In this document: positions 1 to 10,162 of the stretch, piece after piece
How positions within the stretch are numbered: position 1 is the stretch's first letter
How the letters are laid out: each line of letters starts with the position of its first letter
NCBI GenBank assembly: GCA_030141605.1
Contig: JAQGDQ010000415.1
Span: 1 to 64,000 of the forward strand
Length of the DNA stretch: 64,000 nt
Direction of reading: 5' to 3'
Source of the DNA: Tubiluchus corallicola
Lineage: Eukaryota > Animalia > Priapulida
The notes under the pieces: model-generated
Database searches by the model: none
Seen by the model: only the letters and a program-made list of their open reading frames with translations
What the model was told of the DNA's origin: nothing
Program-made: the position numbers and the translations under genes

Positions 1-199
1 GTATAATAATATATTATATTATTATATTATATTATAATACATATATATATATATATACATATAATATATATATTAACGGCGGGCGAGCCCAACTATTGAT
101 GACATCATAAACGAACATAATTTTCAACATCAAAAACATTCCATGAGCGTGTTTGCAAAAGCGAAAATTGAAGTACAGTGCTACTGTAAGATATAATAT

Positions 200-237
<38 letters not shown>

Positions 238-789
238 TAATATATATAATGTATATATTATATATTACATATACATCAGTGTAATGTGAGATGATATATG
301 CATAAAACTGCTGTAAAGTAATATAACTTTTTAAGGCGGTTTTTCTCAAACCTACTTCGGGTACCCCTTTTTTGTCTCTTTAAATAGGTTAAAAACCTTT
401 TAGCCAAAATGCTTAATTCTTTATAACGGTAATGTCGAAATTAATGGCCATTTTATGACTGCATTTACACAGTATTTTGGTTATTTGTGTGGAAATTTAT
501 TTCTATAATAAATCACTAATGTGGAAAAGTAACAAGAGCTTCTTCAACAAAAACCGTTTTATCTTTTTCTTTGTTTTTTCGAGAGCGAATAAGCTGATGA
601 TACGAAGACACGTAATATAAACATGCATATTATAAGATATTTTTAAAGATACTAGAAAGAAAATTAAAGATGCATTTTGTGTAATCCGTTATTTACAGGT
701 ACTATGATCTTTCAGGGCCCAGAACGGGGCAAATCATACAGGAATGTCATTCTATTGGAACTGGATAATGATGTTTGAAGATAGCGTTA

Positions 790-1640
790 AAGTAAAGTAA
801 AGTAAGGTAAAATAAGGTAAGATAAAGTAAGGTAAGGTGAGGTGAGATGAGGTAAGGTAAGGTGAGGTGAGGTGAGGTGAGGTGAGGTGAGGTGAGATGA
901 GATGAGATGAGATGAGATGAGGTGAGGTGAGGTGAGGTGAGGTGAGGTGAGGTAAGGTAAGGTAAGGTAAGGTAAAGTAAGATAAGATAAAGTAAGGTAA
1001 GGTGAGGTGAGGTGAGGTGAGGTGAAGTAAGGTGAGGTGATGTAAGGTTAAGTGAGGTGAGGTGAGGTAAGGTGAGGTAAGATGAGGTGAAGTGAGGCAA
1101 GGTAAGGTAAAGTAAGATAAGGTAATGTAAAGTAAAATGCAGTAAAGTAAAGTAAAGTAAAGTAAAGTAAAGTAAAGTAAAGTAAAGTAAAGTAAAGTAA
1201 AGTAAAGTAAAGTAAAGTAAAGTAAAGTAAAGTAAAGTAAAGTAAAGTAAAGTAAAGTAAAGTAAAGTAAAGTAAAGTAAAGTAAAGTAAAGTAAAGTAA
1301 AGTAAAGTAAAGTAAAGTAAAGTAAAGTAAAGTAAAGTAAAGTAAAGTAAAGTAAAGTAATGTAATGTAATGTAATGTAATGTAATGTAATGTAATGTAA
1401 TGTAAAGTAAAGTAAAGTAAAGTAAAGTAAAGTAAAGTAAAGTAAAGTAAAGTAAATCAAGTCAAGTCAAATCAAGTCAAGTCAAGCAAGGCAACGCAAG
1501 GCAAAGCAAGGCAAAAGCAAAGCAAAGCAAAGCAAAACAAAGTAAAGTAAAGAAAACTAAACTATGGTAAAGCAAAGCAAAACAAATTAATGTAAGGTAA
1601 AGCAAAGCAAGGTAAAATAATACAAAGCAAAGCAAAACAA
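790..1640. repeat. Compound pentanucleotide microsatellite (GTAAG/GTGAG/GTAAA/GTAAT/GTCAA/GCAAA)
   Basis: Directly visible 5-bp period with drifting unit; explains the spurious ORFs 747..1460 and 1477..1830. Confidence 0.95.
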
Positions 1641-1688
1641 ATATTAAAACAAAGCCATCAAAGTTTACGTTACATTTCCATTTACAGA

Positions 1689-2687
1689 ATGCAGACCATT
1701 CGTTTACTGATCCTGTTGGGGTGTGCTGCAGGCGTCCTGTCTGATGCTTTTGGGGCTGAAGGAATTTTAGGAGTCCAAAAAACCAGCGGAGGCAGACACG
1801 GTGGAGCAAGTTTCTCAACTGGACAGGCATCAGGGGGTGGATCTAGCCAATTCGTCCAGAGAAGCTTCTCCAGCAGGAGTAGTGGGGGTGGTCAACTTAC
1901 CGGCACTGGCGGCGGAGCAACAAACCAAGTAGTGCAAAGTAGTTTCTCCGGAGGTGGAGGTGGTGGCGGAGGTGCAGCTGGAGGAGGATTTCGTACAAGC
2001 TTTCAAAGTAGAAGTGGAACAGCTGGTGGAGGTGGTGGCGGAGGTGCAGCTGGGGGAGGATTTCGTACAAGCTTTCAAAGTAGAAGTGGAACAGCTGGTG
2101 GTGGTGGTGGTGGATTTCGTACAAGCTCATCTACTCAAAGTGGAGGCAGAACCTCGAGTAGATCAGCACAGTCTGCGTTTGCAGCAGCCGGACTTCAAGG
2201 ATTTGGACGAGGGGAAATTGACATCAACAACTTTGGCAACATTGATGCTTCTGCCTTCGGTTTCGACGCTTTTGGCAACCTTTACATCAACGTCGAAGCT
2301 TTTGACTTCAACGCCTGGCGTAACGCTGCAGCAGCCCAGGCGCCCAAAGAAGCCCTTAGCGGAGCGCAAACGGAACAGATAGTTATAGGATCCAGATTCC
2401 GTTCTGGATACGCCAGACAGCACGAATCGAGCTCGTCGGAGAAATCCGGATCCGGTTCTGGAGAAGCAGGCATTGAACTCAGTGCCTCCCGCCAGGCTAG
2501 TCAAGATGCCACCCAACAGTACACTCAGACGGCCAGTGGAGAAGGCAACACCGAACAGGGCGCCACCTATGGGTATCAAAGAACACCAAACCTGCAGTTC
2601 CAGGCAGTCAAGTTGGAATCTTTGCCGGTACATTCTGGTCCCCGAAGTCAGGTACCTCGTGGTGCTCGCCGCAACTTTCAAGGCTAA
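1689..2687 (+). CDS. Secreted Gly/Ser-rich protein, paralog 1 (332 aa, unknown family)
   Basis: Uninterrupted ORF; signal-peptide-like MQTIRLLILLGCAAGVLS; tttacag acceptor 1 nt before the ATG; AATAAA at ~2902; C-terminal half conserved with paralog 2 through mostly synonymous changes. Confidence 0.9.
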   Translation: MQTIRLLILLGCAAGVLSDAFGAEGILGVQKTSGGRHGGASFSTGQASGGGSSQFVQRSFSSRSSGGGQLTGTGGGATNQVVQSSFSGGGGGGGGAAGGGFRTSFQSRSGTAGGGGGGGAAGGGFRTSFQSRSGTAGGGGGGFRTSSSTQSGGRTSSRSAQSAFAAAGLQGFGRGEIDINNFGNIDASAFGFDAFGNLYINVEAFDFNAWRNAAAAQAPKEALSGAQTEQIVIGSRFRSGYARQHESSSSEKSGSGSGEAGIELSASRQASQDATQQYTQTASGEGNTEQGATYGYQRTPNLQFQAVKLESLPVHSGPRSQVPRGARRNFQG

Positions 2688-2984
2688 ACGTTGACATGTT
2701 GATTCGGACTGGAACTTGAAACTGTTATCAGCAGAGAAATCTTCAAATATTAAAATCTTTATTTATTTGTTTAAAGAAAGTTGCTAGAAACGAAATGTTC
2801 ACCTGACATTGATCTATAACTAAGACGCATGATCCTGAAATGTTAAGCAATTGTGACAATGATAAAGGCCAACTGTTACTGCTGTATTAATTAGTGTCAC
2901 TAATAAACGTACGTAGATTTGCAAATTATATATCTGTTCTAGTTTTTCACTCAGACGATAGATGTGCCCAATGTCTAATTAAAA

Positions 2985-3320
2985 CTATCAAAGTAAAAGC
3001 GAACTCAATCCTAAACTGCAGGTCAAACTAATTTACTTTTTAAAATATTGAAAATAAACATACTATTTTTTCGAAATCGACTTACGTGAAAGAATTATTA
3101 CCACACAAACACAATTTCACGTTCGCGCCACTAGTTCTTCGCTGTTACATGCATTTCATCATTCGCTAGTTAGATTGCCCAAAAACAGGTGCTGTACCTC
3201 TCAATTCAGATGTGTTAGCTTGTGACGAACTGCACATGTGTGAGGACAGTAGCAAATTTGAAATTTGAATTTTTAGCAACACGTTCGTGGGAATATTTTT
3301 GCATGAATAATATGCTTGAA
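2985..3320 (-). mobile_element. Partial copy of MITE family A
   Basis: Reverse-complement similarity to 18480-18890 and 23300-23680. Confidence 0.65.
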
Positions 3321-3329
3321 AATTATTGT

Positions 3330-3803
3330 TAGTTTGTGCGAAATCGGTTAATGCGGAAAATTTCAAATCTCCTGACACAACACTCTGATACACTTTGACC
3401 TCAAGTCTACTCTATTTTCAAGGATATATTCCTGTTAAAAGAGGAAACGACTTTAATTTGCTTTTGTATGATCGGTTGGTTTTTCCTGGAATAGCAGCAG
3501 CTTGGGCTGCAGCAAGCAGGCGGATCAATAAATTTGTGTGTACGATCACGCATGTGTACACCAGACTAAGCTACTCAATAGGCTAAGTTTAAGTGTCTGA
3601 AAAAGGGCGTGTTTTTCTCAGTTTTATCCAATTAAGTTGCTTATAAATGTTTAAACAAATAGCATGATTGGACAGCTGATATTCACATGAATAAAACAGT
3701 ACCAAATTTGTAATCATTTAGTTATGTCTGTGCTCATACAGCAGCCAAAAAGTCGTTGGTCTTATAAGACCTATTTTGATTTGCATGGCCCTGAAGGAGT
3801 TAA
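3330..3803 (+). mobile_element. 3' part of piggyBac-like non-autonomous element
   Basis: Similar to 20565-21042; ends CCTGAAGGAG-TTAA, the inverse of TTAA-CTCCTTCAGG at 17289. Confidence 0.6.
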
Positions 3804-4436
3804 TGCAATTGTAAGGTTGTTCTTGAAACTAAAAAAAATCTATGTAGTAATGCCTTCAAATCAAGACAAAATAAAAATTATCGTGTAATAACTGCATATG
3901 TGAAGTCATTCTGTATGAGTACTAGATAATTCCACTTTGGTGTAACTAATTTAACATTTTTTAATAATTATGTTATGTGCATTAAAAACTACATAAACAT
4001 CCTACAAAACTAAGTTTCTACAATAATGATTCCATATTTTGATCGTTGCTAACGAATGATGGTGATACTGAATGGTCAACATGCTGGCACCTGGTAGAGA
4101 CACTTAAATTTTGCAACTTTCTAATGATTTTGCAAAAAGTCATTAGAAAAACCTGTGAAGAGCTTAACAATAGTACGTACAGCGCTAAAGAATAGAGGGC
4201 ACCACCTACAGTGTATCGTAATCTGGAGGGCCATTTCCGTTCGACGCAAGTTTTTTCCCGTACGAGTTTCACTTTATGTCCGACGTAGTGGAAACATCGT
4301 CACTAGCAGTTGTAGGTCACCCATTTCAAAATCTTAATTTTAACAGAAATAAAAAATTCCAGTATTTTACAACAAGGAGAGCAATTCGCAACGTGACACT
4401 ACCGCTGCCAACCTCCAAGCATTTATAAACTATTAA

Positions 4437-5077
4437 GGCCAGCGTCACACAGAGAAAGGCGTATAATCCATATGGCCTCTTCCCTCTTCCATAAGGGATA
4501 TATCATAATCTGCGATATGTTCCGTACTCTATACAAATAGTAAGGCGGTCTAGCAATGCAGCAATGTTCTGTCTGTGCAGTTTTTTCTTTTCGTTGTAAT
4601 GTATTGCATTGTTTATGTTTTGTAACTTGTAATTGTAATTGTATGAATTGTAAATCGTCAATAAACAAATTACAATTATTTAATTGCAGTATTAGTGAAA
4701 TACCTGATTAAAATTGGGACTATTCTGTTATGAAACCTTATGATATCAACGAATTGTGAACTGTAAAAAGCACAAACATACTAATTATCGAGTTAGCGAT
4801 TACCCAAAATGCCTTACGGCAAATGAAATTAATGGCCAAATTAAAGGCGCTTTATGAACTGCTCAAAACAGTTTATGAGGAACCTACCGCTGATACTACC
4901 GCGGACTACGGCTGACGGCTTACGGTAGGCAAACTGCGGCTAGCTGAAAACGGGAAATGGATTATCTCTGTGACGGGGACCATTGGTCAGCGTAGGCTGT
5001 GTTCATTAGTCATGACGCGGTTTTTTTTTCTCCTCACGGCCTACGCCTTACCGATTAAGTCCAACTCTCTGTGGGCC
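4437..5077. mobile_element. Putative PIF/Harbinger-like MITE
   Basis: Imperfect TIRs GGCC..CACAGAGA / TCTCTGTGGGCC flanked by TAA. Confidence 0.35.
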
Positions 5078-5539
5078 TAAAAGTCCTAAAATATCTAGGT
5101 TCGTGTTGTTACCACAAGCGTAGTAAATCAACTAATAACACTACATAAAAACAACAAAAACCAATATGCCTTTGAGACATTTTTACTTTGCATTTCTGTA
5201 TATGATACACATAATTTTTATTAGTTACTATTTACAGTTGGCCTTTTTAGTTGTCACAATTGCTTAACAATGCAGGTGCAATATTGTCGCCTTCCATCAT
5301 AAGTTACCTCCAGCGTTTAAAAGGATTTTAATAGAGCAAAATGATTCCTTCTTGCAAACTTTTATGGTTTTTCACTATCGAGTTAATTAAACTCAATTCT
5401 GGCAGAAATAATTGACATTATAAAAAGTGTAAAACGTAAGTGAACATTTGAAATAAAAAAAACGTACATTTTATCAGAAAATGTAGTTAAGTTCCAGAGT
5501 TGTTCGGTCTGAAAGGGCAAATGTCGACATCCAAGATTT

Positions 5540-6538
5540 CTAACCAAGTCGTCTCGCGGTAGAAGGCAATTGACTACGTGGACCAGAATGAACTGGCAGT
5601 GACTCCAGCTGAACGGCTTGGAACTGAAGATTTGGTGTTCTCTGGTAGCCATAAGCTGCTCCTTGCTCAGTGTTGCCCTCTCCGCTTGCTGTCTGGGTGT
5701 ACTGTTGGGTAGCATCCTGTGTAGCCTGGCGGGAGGCACTGAGTTCAATACCCGCTTCCCCTGATCCGGAGCCACTTCTTTCTGATTGGCTCTGCTCTGA
5801 CTGACGAGCGTAGCCTGATCGGAAACGTGAACCAATCACAATTTGGTCCTGTTGCGCTCCTGTGAGGGCTTCTCTGGGCGCCTGGGCTGCTGCAGCGTTG
5901 CGCCAGGCGTTGAAGTCAAAAGCTTCGACGTTGATGTAAAGGTTGCCAAAAGCATCGAAACCGAAGGCAGAAGCATCGATGTTGCCAAAGTTGTTGATGT
6001 CAATTTCCCCTCGTCCAAATCCGGGGAGGCCAGCAGAAGCGAAGGCAGACCGAGATGATGACGACGATGTTCTGGTCGGTCCAGATGACTGAAAAGTTTG
6101 GAATCCACCGCCTCCACTTCTACTAAATCCACTTGAAACTCCACTTCCTCTGGCAGCTAAACCAACACCGCCTCCACTTCCACTAAATCCACTTGAAACT
6201 CCACTTCCTCTGGCAGCTAAACCAACACCTCCACCAGTAGCAAGCCCACTTCCACCTCCTTGACTGCTGCTGCTTCTGGTAACTGTTGTCTGAACTACCT
6301 CATTTGCTCTCCCACCACCAACGCCTCGTCCATGACCACCACCAATAGCACCAAGTTGAATCCCAGCGCCGCCTACGCCTCCCCCTCCTGCACTACCTCC
6401 GCTACTCTGGAATGAGAAACTGGACGAACTCCGTTGTCCTCCTCCCCTCTGGACTCCAAGAATTCCTTCTTGTCCAAAGGCATTACTGAAGACGCCAACG
6501 GCACATCCTAGCAACACTAACACGCGGAGAGTTTTCAT
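5540..6538 (-). CDS. Secreted Gly/Ser-rich protein, paralog 2 (332 aa, unknown family)
   Basis: Uninterrupted ORF; signal-peptide-like MKTLRVLVLLGCAVGVFS; ttttaccag acceptor 1 nt before the ATG; AATAAA on minus strand at ~5217-5222; homologous to paralog 1. Confidence 0.9.
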   Translation of the reverse strand: MKTLRVLVLLGCAVGVFSNAFGQEGILGVQRGGGQRSSSSFSFQSSGGSAGGGGVGGAGIQLGAIGGGHGRGVGGGRANEVVQTTVTRSSSSQGGGSGLATGGGVGLAARGSGVSSGFSGSGGGVGLAARGSGVSSGFSRSGGGGFQTFQSSGPTRTSSSSSRSAFASAGLPGFGRGEIDINNFGNIDASAFGFDAFGNLYINVEAFDFNAWRNAAAAQAPREALTGAQQDQIVIGSRFRSGYARQSEQSQSERSGSGSGEAGIELSASRQATQDATQQYTQTASGEGNTEQGAAYGYQRTPNLQFQAVQLESLPVHSGPRSQLPSTARRLG

Positions 6539-6627
6539 CCTGGTAAAATATAAACAGAATTAATAACATACAGCAGCTATTCGGGTAAGTTGAAAACTGA
6601 GCAAGACCTTATAAAAGCTTATAATAA

Positions 6628-6800
6628 TATACATACATACATACATACATACAATACATACATACATACATACATACATACATACATACATACATACATA
6701 CATACATACATACATACATACATACATACATACACACACACATACATACATACATACACACATATATACATATATACATGTATATACATGTACATATACA

Positions 6801-6852
<52 letters not shown>

Positions 6853-6858
6853 TATATA
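6628..6858. repeat. (TACA)n/(TA)n microsatellite in the leader intron of paralog 2
   Basis: Directly visible. Confidence 0.95.
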
Positions 6859-7869
6859 ATAGTGAGTGTCAGCTAATGTTTGATAAAATCATTTCAAATC
6901 TATGCATATGCATATAAAAGCATACTGTACATACATTATTCGTACTAATACATATTATCTACAACAGCGTTCCTTACTATGACTTGCACATGCCGGCGTA
7001 AGTCGCACAGGCGTGAACTGTATAAGTCTCGTCATAGAATTCTTGTGACAAGGAAAAAACACAGACAACCACAAGTGGTTAAAAAAACTCTATCGACATG
7101 ATGAGACCATCAGATGATGGGACGAATTTATGATTATTTGAATTCTGAAACCAAAATTGAATCATATTTTTGTGTTTTAAAATTTTACGATTACATTAAA
7201 TATAATCGAGTAAAAATTTTAAATCAAATCAATTTATTTCCCTTCAGCAATACATATACAATGCAATACGATTAGAAAAAAAGAATATGTAAAAACATTG
7301 ATGAAGTGAAATTGTTCAAAATTAGTATATAGCTGCTGTATATACTATATTACACTATATATTAGTATATTGCTGACACAATTGCTGTACGTTTCCTAAT
7401 TAAAAACCCATGAAATTTTATTAGTAATGTGCATCTCAGAAAAGAGACAGTGACATGGTAGGGCAGCTTAAAATGTTGTACAAGCAACTAAACGGAATTT
7501 TGAAAAAAATCTTGCAAAAAACCATTGCTCTACATAAAACGTTGGATCAGAATACTTTACTAAGATTTTATGAGATTCTTAAATTGCTTGAAAACTGATA
7601 AACTTGCTTTTTCGCTTCACTGGCGTAAGTCTGAACATAGTCTCTAACGTACAAAATGAAGATGCTGAAATTTAATGAATTTTAACGAATTACTTAATGA
7701 GATGTTGCTGTCGTCCATTTACTGATGTATTTAATACAGTATGAAGTTCTTTCTGCGCGTTTATTTACACTAATAAATCCCGTTTATTTTGCAAAGTGAA
7801 AAATGAGGATGGCTTATACGAAGAACTGAAATTTTAGCATGCTATTTTTACACAAGCTTGCATGATCAG

Positions 7870-8131
7870 CTGCCTATTTACTGATCAAATCAACACTGCT
7901 ACGGTTTACCAGATGAATTAAGTGCGGCATACTGCCAACTGAACTATGCAACTGTGCTGCCTCAACTGATAATAATTCCGGGTAAAGATCTTTTACTAGT
8001 CTACCTATTTACTGATCGAATCAACACTGGTACGGTTTACCAGATGAATTAAGTGCGGCATACTGCCAATTGAACTATACAACTGTGCTGCCTCAACTGA
8101 TAATAATTCCGGGTAAAGATCTTTTGCTAGT
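7870..8131. repeat. 131-bp tandem duplication (2 copies)
   Basis: 7870-8000 and 8001-8131 differ at only a few bases. Confidence 0.9.
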
Positions 8132-8283
8132 CAAACTCCGTTCGCGTTTGCAGTGCAACAATTTTCAGCTTTTAAAATTACAATACTGGCAAACAGACTG
8201 CAGTAAGAGCAGAATAAACTTGTTATTATTAATGTTATCATTATTAGAATTCTTTATCGAATAATTTTAATTAACGAACTTAC

Positions 8284-8369
8284 CTTCCAATGTAGTCCTA
8301 AGGCGGCTAAACTGTTCCTGCAGTGTTAAGCGATTGGCATCGACTCCATCTCGACTCCCGTATTTTATA
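8284..8369 (-). promoter_or_regulatory. Candidate TATA promoter and non-coding first exon of paralog 2
   Basis: TATAAAA (minus, 8369-8363), then ~80 nt to a perfect AG|GTAAGT donor at 8284/8283 that could join the acceptor at 6540. Confidence 0.55.
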
Positions 8370-9024
8370 TTAAAATTGTGACCTTGATTAGGCCAGTCAC
8401 TGTCCTCTGTCTTCATCATCTAGCACATAACTCTTTACGCACGACCAGAATGCTTTGTTTCGGGAAATGGACCTTGAGAGGTTTATTTAGTCTGACGAGC
8501 AAAATCACCTCTATTGCTGCTAAGCCTCATTTGCAAGGCCAAGCCGTTCTTTGCTGCTAATGCGCATAAATAAACTTCTATTTCGTTAACTCTTTACATT
8601 GAGCGACCTTAATAAACCTCAGACAACCTTGGTGAACACGTAATCTGATGTACACAGAGAAATTCACTTCTTAAACCGTCATTTCACAATAATGACACTA
8701 ACTGATGCCGCTAATAAAGGGAGTCGATAGAATTTTTGCTTACCTGCAAATTACAATTATTAATTAGATTACGTAAAATTACTAGGCGGTGTTCTAATTA
8801 ATAATGGAATAGATTATCGTGGTTTTTAACCGTCTTTTACAGACAAAACCTTCATCGAATTACTAAAATCTAGGCTACAACGGACGCTTGTTTGACATTC
8901 AAAATAAATTTGATACGTTATTATTAATTATTTGCAGCTACGAGTTTTCGTTTCCGCTCTAGTTTCCTGCGCAAATGTTTGTGAATTGCGAACGTACTTT
9001 ACTAGTACGTAATCAGCTCTTTTG

Positions 9025-9140
9025 ACGGCCAAATCACGTTGAAAACACCGGTTCTCGTCTGATCTCCGAAGTTAAGCAACGTAGAGCCTGGTTAGTACTT
9101 GGATGGGTGACCGCCTAGGAGTACTAGGCGCTGTAGGCTT
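9025..9140 (+). rRNA. 5S rRNA-derived sequence (SINE head, probably not a functional rRNA gene)
   Basis: ACGGCCAAATCACGTTGAAAACACCGGTTCTCGTCTGATCTCCGAAGTTAAGCAACG...TAGTACTTGGATGGGTGACCGCC...GCTGTAGGCTT matches animal 5S with A and C boxes. Confidence 0.8.
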
Positions 9141-9519
9141 GGGGAATGCCCACACTGTATCTCGACACTAGGCGGAGGAGCTGCACAAGCAGCCAACGAC
9201 TAGAGGGCGGAGGAGGTCAAGTGACCCAACGGCCATGTGTAGAGGAGTAAACCTTCCAAATCAGGAGTGGAGCCCCGAAGGCGGACCAGTGCAGCATGCT
9301 CACTGACTCCGGCAGCTCCTGCAGCCAACCTGGTGCCAAACGTATCACTCCGCTTTCCTTTGGACTACACCAGGGAGGAAGAGAGGAGGTTCCTGTCGTC
9401 TGGGCAACTCAGGATCTCCATACACCTTGCCCAGGCGTGTGCCCTGGAGACGTTCAAGGGATCGCACTGCACTCTCTTGACACACACTCCCTAGTCTTCC
9501 GAGACAGAAGGATGCCAAC
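9025..9519 (+). mobile_element. 5S rRNA-derived SINE (SINE3 type) with RTE-like 5'UTR body and RTE-like 3' tail
   Basis: 5S head 9025-9140 without a T4 terminator; body shared with 48652-48967; tail CCGAGACAGAAGGATGCCAAC; 15-bp TSD AATCAGCTCTTTTGA (9011-9025) / AATGAGCTGTTTTGA (9520-9534). Confidence 0.8.
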
Positions 9520-9650
9520 AATGAGCTGTTTTGAGTTGTACAAAATGTCACCTAACATCTGACTTTTGTATACAATTAGTTACACTGCAACCATTAGTCT
9601 TTCATAGGCATCCCTCGCAAACTTCTCCTTACTAAGCGTTTTACTTCGTC

Positions 9651-10162
9651 TTAAACGAAAACCGGACGATTGTTTAGACTCAATCTCATTTTAATTTACT
9701 GTCCAAAATATACGTTTTCTTGTCTACGAAGTTAGCAATTGTTTCTTATATTTGAATAATTACCGAACACAGCTATCGCTTACATCACAAACTAACCACA
9801 GTTTGTGCAATGCTAGGCATCTTCCCTGAACGTCAAGCACATTTGCGTAAGCAAAGATTGCTGCAAAACGCTGATGTGATGTGACGAAAATGAGCTCAAC
9901 ATCACACTGACGTCACAGACGAACAATGCAATTCATGGTCGTGCTTATCACAGTGCTGCGTCTATTTGTCGGCCACGCGAATGTGACAGAAAAGCGCCGT
10001 TATCAATCTTAGTTGATTCACGCGCAGCTTTGAAAGTTTAACTTTGAGTATCCGAGGTAATTTAATCTAAGCTTTGATTTACAAAAGCTATTGTAGTTTT
10101 CAATATTTTAGAACATTCTTTATTCTGAACTCGTGTTTACACAATCATCCGGTTTTCCTTTA
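9651..10162 (+). mobile_element. MITE family B (TTAA-flanked, Kolobok-like)
   Basis: TIR GAAAACCGGACGATTGT / ACAATCATCCGGTTTTC; related copies at 15243-15798 and 37054-37576 (inverted). Confidence 0.75.

Noticed and set aside
594-625. CTGATGA followed by a small hairpin as a hammerhead
   Set aside because: No GAAA after the stem
747-1830. ORFs 747..1460 and 1477..1830
   Set aside because: Translations of a pentanucleotide microsatellite
1830-2694. Alternative-frame and antisense ORFs within paralog 1 (and 5383-6144 in paralog 2)
   Set aside because: Shadows of GC-richer coding sequence; the substitution pattern between paralogs is synonymous only in the main frame
9025-9140. Functional 5S rRNA gene
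   Set aside because: Solitary, lacks the first few bases and an oligo-T terminator, and is enclosed with downstream sequence in a TSD
9141-9215. HDV-like ribozyme at the RTE-derived 5' end
   Set aside because: A P4-like hairpin (GCTGC-ACAA-GCAGC) followed by CAA is present, but I could not build consistent P1/P2 pairings in both copies; needs an RNArobo/Infernal scan
9267-9562. Short ORFs repeated at 48728-49031 as a duplicated gene
   Set aside because: They lie in the SINE/RTE-UTR body and frames are not maintained between copies
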